From Octopus bimaculoides (lineage: Eukaryota): a stretch of 61,672 nt of DNA. Positions 51,831 through 61,672 of this stretch are shown one piece after another (the first letter of the stretch is position 1; each line of letters opens with the position of its first letter). The translations under genes and the position numbers were made by a program. The stretch lies in NCBI RefSeq assembly GCF_001194135.2, contig NC_068990.1, positions 9,047,814 to 9,109,485 on the forward strand, written 5' to 3'. A model generated the notes under the pieces. The model did not search any database. It was not told the origin of the DNA and worked only from the letters and a program-made list of their open reading frames with translations.

Positions 51831-54538
51831 CTTCTTCTTCTTCTTCTTCTTCTTCTTCTTCTTCTCTCCTACATTTAGCGATATAACAGGATTATAATTC
51901 TTTCGTTTCTGTATTTGGTTTGTAAATTTCGTTGTATCTTAGGAGGGTCATTAGGCCAATAGTAAATACACGCACTGGTTCTATTTCATTTCTTTTATTA
52001 CTATTAGTCAAGTAGTTAACCATTTAACCAATTAGTATATCGATTGATTAATCGTCCGGTCAATCAATCAACCAATCGGATCTTTCTGATTCGGCGGACA
52101 CCATTTTTTATTTATGTTTTATTTAGTGTGTTTTCTACCTATAAATATATTTGCATAATTAAAACAAGATTAACTTTTTAACATAAGGGAAAAGTTATCG
52201 CATTCTGTGTATTTATATGTATGAAATTAATATAAAAATATGTTTTCACAGAATAAATGTGTTTACATAATAGTTTAACTGAAAATATATTGGTAACCGT
52301 ATTCATAAGGTAAGTTTGATATAACGTAAGTCAGAAAGAGAGAAGGAGGATCACATGTTAGTTCGAGTTTTTCTATTGAAAAACGTGTTAGTGTATGTAT
52401 TTCTCTGTTTTGCGGCTAAAAGAGGTTTTGTAGTTGAAGAAAAAATAAAAAAAAGAAAAGAAAACAATCAGATTTAACTAAGTAGGAGCCGGTTCACGCT
52501 GATCTTCAGCCATTGAAACTTTGGGTAATTTTTCCTTACTTAAAAACATGTATGGATTAATGAATAATAATATATTATTTGAATATTTACCATACAGAAT
52601 AAAAGGAAGCGCAGATAAGAATCGGTTATTTTGATTATTTATGAGTAGCCTTTTAAAGAGAATGATGTTGAAAACCATTTTCTTTTATTTATTGTTTACT
52701 CTCCTGTTTTATTTTCAGATCACTCCCTAGATAACCGGCGAAGAATAAAACTGGCGAAAATGATTATGTACCTTATGAAAGAAAATGACACACAGCGAAT
52801 GAAAAAGTTTCTTAGCAGATATACCAAAAAACAAAGACAGGAGATCGTTTCAACAAAATTAAACGGTTCTACTATTTTGTTTAATGCTTCCAATTCAGGA
52901 AATTTCGAACAAGTGTGTTATTTAATTCAAGACTGTAATGCTAATGTGGAACAGAAAGGAAAATATGGCCGTATAAAATGTACTCCATTGTGGATTGCAA
53001 TTCGGCGCAACCATTTCTCAATTGTAATAATGCTTGTAGACTATGGTGCTGATGTAAACACCCACGCCAATGGTGGTCGGAGCGCTCTTAGCATTGGTTG
53101 CAAAAATCTAAAGATTGCTAATTTTTTGTTACGTCGAGGTGCTGATGTTAATTCGATCGACGAACTAGATCGATCATGTTTAATGTATTCAGTGTACCAT
53201 TTGAATATGTGTTGCTTACTTTTATCATATGGTGCTAATATAAGTCAGACAGACATCAGCAGCCGGAGTTCACTCCACTTTGCTGTCAAAAGGGGTCATT
53301 TAAAAATCGTTGAACTCTTTGTCGTCAACAGTGCTGATTTACATCTTGAAGACGTCCAAGGAAACACACCACTACAATTAGCTTCTTTAAAATGTCGTAT
53401 AGCCATTACTGAATATCTTATACAGACAAACGATTACTCGCCAGAACATGTGGCCTGTGCTTACGAGCTTCTCGGTAGCCAACTTCTGATTGTAAGACAC
53501 AACTACCAACGAGCTATCGATTTCTGGTCGAAAGCTCTGCAATTACGCCAGACTAATCCGAATGGCATTCTCAAAAAAAACATGCATCCGGATCATGCAA
53601 ACACGATGTGCATTCTTGGAACTGAATTTGAAACTCTAAGTGATCTTGTAAAAATTACTCAGAATTTAAATGATATGTGGACACAAGCATTACTAGTCCA
53701 ATTCAGAATCCTTGGACCTATGCATTCTACAACGATAAACTCGTTCATTTTAAAAGCGTACGACTTTATAAACCGACAAGATATCAGCTTGGGAGTGGAT
53801 TTACTGACTTGTATATTTTATTTCTTCCAATATTATAATAATCCTTTTAAAGAGGTCATTTTCAACGTGATTGAAACTTTCAGTTCTTTGTTTAAAATTC
53901 GAAACAAAAAAACTCATGATGTACATGTTTCTCATCTCCTCGCATTTTTCCGCTGTATCATCCATCATATAACCACTCGCGTAGCAGTCTTTCTTCAAAA
54001 AATTAAAATTAAATGCAATAAATATAACTCTACAGACGTTGAACGATATCTTGTCGAAACGTTACGATTCACAGATTACATTATGGATTTCGATTTAACA
54101 GCAAATCAATTGCTGAACTTGAAGAAGTTACTATACAGCCTTATTGTCCAACAGCTTCGAGGCATGGGCCAAACGAATATGTTGCATCTCTCAATCCGTA
54201 TGACTTCTTCGACGCGTCTCCTGGCCATTCTCATTGAATGTGGCGAAAACGTCGACGCGACTGATGACAGAGGTAACACGGCCATACATTATGTGATGGA
54301 ACATCACGATTTCTTTCAGAACAGCCTCCTCAGGTGCTTAATCAATTATGGATGCCATGTAGACATGGTGAACAGCGAAGGGCACTGCACACTAGAGTAC
54401 TTGCAGCATTTATTACCTTATCCACTTCAGCACATGAAACTCCAGTGCTTTGCAGCAAGAGTGATTAGACGAAATACTATCCCGTACCAACATTATGTTC
54501 CCAGCCACCTGGAAGAGTTCATTGCTTGTCACGGTTGA
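51273..54538 (+). CDS. FEM1: Protein fem-1 homolog-like (ankyrin repeats, TPR-like region, C-terminal ankyrin and BC/VHL-box; CRL2 substrate receptor family), 607 aa
   Basis: The ORF at 52760-54538 has six N-terminal ankyrin-like repeats plus FEM1-type motifs AYELLGS, FWSKALQLR, QALLVQFRILGPMH and C-terminal LQCFAARVIRRNTIPY..VPSHLEEF. The frame extends upstream to an acceptor at 52717-52718 and joins ATGG|GTAAGC at 51273-51276, giving MDHSLDNRRRIKLAKMIM... The 4-nt first coding piece is inferred. Confidence 0.88.
51796..51864. repeat. Compound microsatellite (TTG)n-(TTC)n in FEM1-like intron
   Basis: Read directly. Many other (TA)n, (CA)n, (TACA)n, (TTA)n and poly-T tracts occur across the window (e.g. 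1-41, 3334-3384, 22937-22990, 48575-48675). Confidence 0.9.
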
Positions 54539-54949
54539 TTTATTAATTGTAGAATTAACAACAACAGCACTAATACTAATATAATAATAATAACAATAAT
54601 AATAATTATGTTCTTTTTATTTGTCAATAGGGCCACAAATTACTGGGTATTATAAGGACAAATTGCAAAACTGTTGCAGTTTAAGCAGAATCAATTAAAG
54701 AACAAAAGCCAATTACAGAAGAAAAAAAAAGAGGGGTTAAGTAGGCCATTCTAATGGAGGACGGTCAGTTCAAGTCAGATACGACCCCTCAGATGTCATA
54801 TTACACTTATTGCCAAGGGTAAGTTTTCTTTCCTGGCTGTATTTTCCGATTCACTTGGGCCATACTTACCACTCTCAGGCAGCTTTCAGAAAATGTTAAG
54901 AGGGCAACAGCTCCTTCTCCACCCTCGCCCCTCTCTCTAAATGGATCTT

Positions 54950-57800
54950 GAAGAAGTTGAGAAGGAATGTGTTAGTCCTCAACCCTTTTCAGTATTGTCC
55001 ATCATCCGGTCTTTATCTCTTCAGCTACCAAACAGAATATATGCCGACTGGCCTTTCCAGCCGAAAAGCGAATAATAAGACCCAGCTTTACACAAAACAA
55101 CTACTGTTCGACGAAATACCACAAAAATCAGCAATGCTCGCACACTAGATAAATATGTGCAGAACAGATTCGTCTCTCTTTGTGCGTCTGAGACAAGCTG
55201 GCGATCCATCTACATCTACAAGATTTATACCGAACAGGCCACACCAGGCTAGGATTTTCTCGAAGTTGTTCATTGTTCCTGCGCTGAAAGTCTTCTAGAA
55301 TAGACTTCACACTTCATCTTCGACGTCCAAAACCTCCCCAAGAGCGTCTTCATTCATGCTCGTCACTACCCTTTATAGATCGCAAGGCATCCACCAATTG
55401 CATTGCCTGACTGGTAGCGGACTGTGAGAATTTGATGATACTGATGCCAGGTGCCCAAACTTGCTCTACATTTTACTCAGAACTGTGCTTTCGTCTTGAA
55501 CACAAACTGTGAGAAAAAGGTACTCACAAACGGCGATCGCACTTACACGCCGCCAAAGGATTTTTGCAAATATCAAAATCTCAGCGTACATGCTTTTGGA
55601 TCATCATCTACGGCATACCGATCCATGGGTATTGGTGCCAGATGAACATTCTGGTATCGGAAAGCATCCCTCTTTCAAAAAGTAAAGGAGCTGTCGCTTT
55701 AATCTGGTCGAATGCAAACTGGAGTAAAGTAAGACAAATGTTAAAATATATAGGGGAAATTTAGGCATTCGCAATATTTTCCATATCTTTTTGGGTTGGC
55801 TACTACGATTATAATCCTATTCCAGTACCATTCCACCTGGAAGTTTGGAAAGTATCAGATCACAACCACTTTAAGGTAAGTTTGTTCAGCGACAGGTTAC
55901 ATCATCGCTACTGATTGGCACGGACTTGCTTTTGAAGTGGCTGGGTTGCAAGCTAACTGACTGGTCAGTGCTTGTTCTTATCCTCTCATATTCCTCCAGT
56001 GTGGTTCTGAATTCCTCAATTTTTGATGTGATCGATACTATGACGATGACGTCATCTTCGTAAGTTGATGCTTCACTCCAAAACGTTTGAGCGGGGTGCC
56101 ACATAACACTTTTATCTTGCACAGAAATAGTTTAAGAATCAAAGCACAAAAGAGCAGTGAACTAACAGATGTGTGTTTCAATTTGGTTCCCATATGAGGT
56201 TATGTAATCTAACCACCGTGCAGATGCAGCTGAACATTGAAACGATCGAGTGCACTCAGTACAGCTGCTAGATAGAGATGGCTGATCTATTCATGCGACT
56301 TCTTGTATAAAATAGTTTGTCATTCATAGATCTTCCCAAGATTGCACAGGTTAGTGAAGACTCGACAATATTAAAGATTACAGCTATCGATCTTTTCGAG
56401 AGCACCTTGACTAAAATGTTGAACTCTGCATGCAAGCAGAGTTATAGGTTTTAAATTAATGTCGATATTTCACTTGTTCTCATCCTTTTCCAGTAGCATT
56501 CTATGACTAGGAATGCTGACAACTACGATAGCGATAAATATCTGCCACTACTGTAAAGAATAAGTATAGCAGTGTTCATAAATTTCATAATGTAAACCAT
56601 CAAAACTCGTCGATTTGCCCCTCACAACCATACTCTGGCAGTCGTATCTCAACTGCTTTCCTCGGCTTTTCACAGCACTCCACTTCCCCTAGAGAGAGTC
56701 ATAGTAGGTAGGTGATGTGTCTGTTGAAGGTTACTTTTGCCGATCCCTCAACTTCCCCCAAAGAAAAGAGGCAGGAGAAATCTCGATATATAATTGTACA
56801 TACTTTCTCGGGGCAAATAGTATGCGTCCTCACTGTCTCTTAAATACTAGTTTGTAGATTGTTTGGCGCACCTTTGCCATCTGATTCACCGAAAGCACTC
56901 CTTCGGCTTATAGCGCGTGTCTTAGCTAAGACAATGCAACGTTCGTACTTCGCATCAAAGAAAAGATGAAGCGCCATTTTCATCGCTTGCACAGTTGTTG
57001 CAAGGTCATTCATGATCACTTATTCTAATCGGCTAAATAGATACCTCTATAATCAACGGTTACCTATGCCACGTCTTAGCTAAATTCCATTAATTCTACT
57101 CTAATGGATCCCTTCAAACATACCTGCCACTGATTGTTAGAGATCGACCTGTTAACTTCACTTTAATTATCTCACCAAGCTTTCTCAGCTTTCATATAGT
57201 GAGTTTCTGTCGATGAAATCGATCTTGGTTGACACCCAGAACACAGACTGTGGTCTCTGCAGTCAATACAAACCTGTGGACTTCTTACGATATCCTTATA
57301 GATACGGTTTATTCAAGATTGTAATTGCAGATTCGGGAAATCCAGTCGGTACATGTGTTTACTGCCCAGAGACCAGTGAGGTCGTGGAGTTTGTTTTTGT
57401 TGATGTTTATCTTCTAATTGTTGGTTTTGTTGTTGCTGTTTATACTGTTATTATTATTTTGTGCTGCCTTTGTTGAGATAGTGCCGGTTTATAGTCCGGT
57501 GTGATCTGTAGCATCGCGTCACTTTCTGTTTTCGGAAAATTGGATGGTCCAGAAAGTTGGCTTCTTTCTTCTCCCTCCTAACGTCAAAAGTTTTGTATCC
57601 TGTCTCTTTCTCTTTCGATAACTAATTGACGAGGACTGAGGAAAGTTGAAAGAAGCGGCCTGATGATATGTGTGGGCTTGTGTTTTGTTTGTGTGTTTCC
57701 CCTCACCACTTCGTTTGACGGTTATCATTGCAAGTGTTTCGTTATTGGTTCAAGTGTCTGCCGATGTTAGTGTGATTTCTTTTGATTGTTAGAGTTGTGT
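54950..57800 (-). mobile_element. Degenerate L1/Tx1-clade non-LTR retrotransposon
   Basis: Broken minus-strand frames: AEFNILVKVLSKR...TCAILGRSMNDKL (~56290-56420, RT start), STYEDDVIVIVS (YADD-like, in ORF 55886-56122), and SPACLRRTKRDESVLHIFI*C followed by LWYFVEQ (~55100-55210, C-terminal CCHC). The right boundary is approximate. Confidence 0.8.
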
Positions 57801-57903
57801 TAGCAGCAGTGCAGATCTTTCTTGATCGGCTTCAGCCACGGGTTGGTGTTGTCATAGGGGTGGCACATGCACCTTCTACTTTACACCACAATGAGCTGTT
57901 GGA

Positions 57904-58129
57904 AATCCTCTTAGCCCCTTGCGGAGCATAAGGCCGGTTTCCATGGCGTATGTGTTCCCCCCTAACTGGACGGGACGCCGGTCCATCGCAGCTTTTTACT
58001 CAAGAAACAGGAAGAAAGAGTGAGAGAAAGTTGGGGTGAAAGAGTACAACAGGGGTTACCACCACCCTCTGCCGGAGCCTCATGGAGATTTAGGTGTTTT
58101 TGCTCAATAAACACACACAACGCCCAGTA
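57904..58129 (-). mobile_element. 5'-truncated SINE with 16-bp TSD
   Basis: Direct repeat ACAATGAGCTGTTGGA at 57888-57903 and 58130-58145. The body matches the 5' part of the 30111 SINE. Confidence 0.82.
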
Positions 58130-59639
58130 ACAATGAGCTGTTGGATGCTGTTTAATAGTATTCGAGACAATGTTTCCATTTCCTCACTATATTGTAATTT
58201 TAATTTTTAGTTAATTAAGATTTCGCAGTTATTACCCCTTTGTCTTGCCTATATTTCCTTAACATTTAATCTGCGTTGCAAGTTCAAATATATAAAGAGT
58301 GAGGTCCAATCAAATCCAGGGACTGAAAGACATCAAGATTAACATATTTGATATGCTTCTTGTAAAACTGCGCCTTTTATAACGGTGCTTTTCTTCCGTA
58401 TGTTAGCTGAGCAACAATGCGGTGAATGGTATTTTTATTAAGTGTTTACATACATTCATGTAGTCTCTACTGAATCTACCGCTGGAACATTAGCAAAAGG
58501 TCTTCCATGTATAAGACGCAGATGTTTCTTACTTTGTTAGTTTCTCTTATAAACACTTGGATCCTTTCAAATTAATGTATACTGTGCCTCTCTACTATAT
58601 GATTTGATAATGTCATGTAATTGCATAAGCATCTTCTATGCTGGTGAACATGTACAAAAATATTTTTAAAAAGACCTTTGGAAAACTAAAGATATGCCTA
58701 AAATACATTTGGTTTTCTATACAACGCACACTCACACACAAATATGCACACGCAGAAAGATGTGTGTGTGTGTGTGTGTGAGAGTGCGTGCGTACATGCA
58801 TGTGCGCATATGTGCATGCGCGCGTGTGTGCATGTGCGTGCGTGTGTGTGTGTGTGTGTGTGTGTGCATGTGCGTATGCGCGCACGCCCGTGTGTTTAAT
58901 GACACAGTAAATTCTGACTAGTTGAGGAGACCAAATTTTGCGGTCCAACTGGTTGATATGTGGTGAGCTAAAACCCATAAATCAGTTTGCGAGGTTCGAC
59001 GTGTATAATGTTATCAGTATAGCTCTCCAGTTTGTTTTCGAGGTAAGCTCTGCGGTCAGTTTGTCTTTCTGATATGTTGAGGCTTGTGGTAAGTCATGAC
59101 TATGAAACAGAGGTGAATTATTTAGTGTACGTGAGTACATGAATGGTAAAACAATGAAATATTGTAATGATATAATGATATAATATTAATTTAATAGTAT
59201 AACATTATTATAAAAAAATAATAATCCAATAATGTACTAATAGAATAATATAGCAATATTTTAAAGTAAAGTATGCAAAATATGATTGGTAGAGCGATGA
59301 AAGATGAAGTAAATTGATGACAGAGAAGTTCTTCTGTATAACATCGAAGGATCAGAACCTATCTCCTTCTGCCCGCACAGACCAAAATACGTAACAAAAC
59401 AAATTAAAATTTGAAGACCACCAGTCCATATACAAAGTGAAAGAGCACTAAAAACAGAATCAACCTCTCTCACACACAAGTACGTATGTGTATTAAAACA
59501 CACACACACACGCACACACACTATACATATACTCATTTTATAAGGAAATTATTAGAGTAGACAATTGCTTAGAAGTTTCGGCTTAGTAGCCGTCATTGGT
59601 CTGTGAATTAGCATATTCTCCCAAACTTTATACTTTTAG

Positions 59640-61150
59640 AGACTGAAGCTTCATCTACTGGATGGATCTAAAGTTTTGCTAAGCAGTAAGGTTCTGCAAA
59701 GTTTCATCAAAAGACCGAGCTGGAAAATTTATTACTAGAATAAAACAAACAGCAAACATCAGCATAAATCCAAAATACGGATTCAAGACAGTCAGATGCC
59801 CATCACCTAATACCTTACTACAATTATTTGATGATCAACTATTTTCAGTGATAGAAAACATAAGTTTTAACACGAGAACGAACACCTTGCAGAATATGCT
59901 CAAGCAGAAAATTAACTAGCTCAAAGCCAAAGCCAATAAAAATTTATCATATTTATAAAGACAGACAACGTCATCTAAAGTCAACTTTCTTTCAGTCAAT
60001 CTCTAACACTAAAACTTAGGTGTCTTTAAACGGTATAAACATTCCACCAAAAAACGTAGCCGCTAACTTGAAAATTAAAGCTAGAGTAGATATCTTAACA
60101 CCTAGAGGCCTATACACCACAGTGAAAGACCATAAGCTTAATATCACGAACAAGCCATTTGTCAGACTAATAAATTCTCCTAAATACGATTTAGGTATCA
60201 TTAGCTAAGAAAATTATTCGCATATTCATATTCAAAATAAAAACACTTGGCTTTATTTCTCTGAAGTAACACATGTGCTTTAATCAAATATTTCAAAAAG
60301 AACCCAAACAGAAATAAGTATCATTTTTACCATTTTGACATTAAGGATTATTAAGCAACGTTATCAGAACCAGCACTTATCGCCCCTCTGAACTTTAGCA
60401 AATCAATTATGATATCAAAGTCTCAGAAATTGAGATTATATTACAAAGTAGAAAATCTCTCCTCTTCCCCGACAGAGCATGGTGGGAAATAAAATAAATA
60501 ACGAACCATTTCAAGTGAGCATGGATAAAAAAAATTTCACACCAAATACCCCCTGATTTCTGGCGTACTTTGTGTTCTGTATTAGACATACGCAAAACGT
60601 AATTCAAAAGATAATGTCACTTAACACAAAGAAAAATGTTTCCCACTAAATGAATTAAGTATTAACAAATGAGGTAACAAAGCAGTCTTAATAGAATTAT
60701 TAGATAAGTGTTCGCTATTTTCCTTTAACAAAAAAGAATTAGGCATATGCAAATGAAGTAAAACATTTTTGTGACTCGAGATAACAGTCAAATGCAGTGT
60801 CATTATTATTATTATTATTTTATTATTATTTTTTTTGCAATGAAAGATCGAACACTTGTAAATGTGATAAAAATGAGATAAAATGTTCATCGTTATCTTC
60901 TTATCCAAGGAAAATTATTTGCAAATGAGGTATAAAGGTGTCTTTGCGAGAAACAGTAGCCAGAATTTCGTTGTTTTTTCACGAAAGAAAATTTAGTGCT
61001 TGGAATATAAAGAAAATATTGTGAATTGAAAAACAATGATTTTTTAAGAAGAATACATAGGCGCGAAATTTCCTCGTTCGACACCAAAGAAGAGTGTGAT
61101 CATATCTTTCGTTAGTTTCCTGTCAACAACTGTCTGTCGGAGTCTTGTCA
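59640..61150 (+). mobile_element. Penelope-like retroelement RT remnant
   Basis: TVKDHK...VRLINSPKYDLGIIS (ORF 60020-60208) and YHFDIKDY (~60328-60351) match Penelope-like RT motifs. Boundaries are approximate. Confidence 0.65.
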
Positions 61151-61672
61151 TAACTACTTTCAAGTGGGAAACGCTTTATTAGCTTCGGAGGGCTCAGATT
61201 AGCACAAAGACAATAATTGCAGAAAGGTTAGGTGAGTCACTTAACTCTCTAAGGCAGCACACCGCAACCAAGATGCTGCGATACACTGGTGTGCCACGAT
61301 GCTAGATGTGCCGCAGTGTAAACTGAATATAATCTTCCCCCTATACTTTTAGTTATAATTTTAGTTCAGGTGTGCCACTGAAGTTTGAAAAGAATGTGTA
61401 CCGCAAGTGAAAAAAGGTTGTGGAGCACTGCTTTAGGGAAAACAAACACAGTTTGACTTAATTTATGTTTGATTCAGAGGTATGTAAAATTACTGATTTG
61501 CGGCAATAAATGAATGAATAAATAAATTGATAAACAAAGCCATTCAGAATTAAATGCGGAGTTAAGTGGTTTAGCGTAAAGTGGTCCGAGGTTTGCGGAT
61601 TATAGGGCCAACGGTCAAGAAAAAAATTTGCTGAAAGAAGACTGTCGTATATATATATATATATATATATAT

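Noticed and set aside
55738-55875. Striking look-alike of AADAC exon 1 on +: MLKYIGEI*AFAIFSISFWVGYYDYNPIPVPFHLEVWKVSDHNHFK followed by a phase-0 GTAAGT donor. It suggested a third paralog whose TAG might be recoded by A-to-I editing.
   Set aside because: The opposite strand reads as a continuous part of the Tx1/L1 ORF2 (…PNFQVEWYW…VAN, then ENIANA*ISPIYF…), lying in order between the YEDD motif and the C-terminal CCHC. No matching exons 2-5 follow in the window and it has an in-frame stop. It is most likely coincidence; tBLASTn against the LINE consensus versus AADAC would settle it.
57213-57476. 87-aa ORF with Cys pairs and a hydrophobic C-terminus resembling a membrane protein
   Set aside because: It lies antisense within the 5' part of the decayed LINE, and the hydrophobicity comes from a TTG/TGT-rich low-complexity tract.
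1-61672. CRISPR arrays, rRNA genes or prokaryotic/HGT operons
   Set aside because: None were seen. The window has spliceosomal introns and eukaryotic repeats throughout.

Overview
This is AT-rich eukaryotic genomic DNA with six N-gaps. The dense (TA)n/(CA)n microsatellites and abundant tRNA-derived SINEs suggest an octopus or other coleoid cephalopod; this is inferred from repeat style and was not searched. Two protein-coding loci are supported, both on +. (1) A six-coding-exon AADAC/NCEH1-family (HSL-type alpha/beta-hydrolase) gene at 7807-28923. I assembled it by hand into an uninterrupted 402-aa frame with all splice phases matching. (2) A FEM1-family ankyrin/TPR gene whose CDS is 51273-51276 joined to 52719-54538, giving 607 aa. 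The most notable feature is a second intact copy of the hydrolase's last exon at 43471-44117. It has the same splice phase and is roughly 45% identical in protein by hand count, but its nucleophile motif reads GDEAGG instead of GESAGG, so the catalytic Ser is replaced by Glu. I found no upstream exons of its own, so it may be an alternative last exon that switches one gene between an active esterase and a pseudoenzyme. The remainder is decayed transposons (mariner, piggyBac, hAT, Tx1/L1, CR1, R4-like, Penelope-like), MITEs, SINEs and a long fold-back in intron 1. All alignments were done by eye; no database searches were run.
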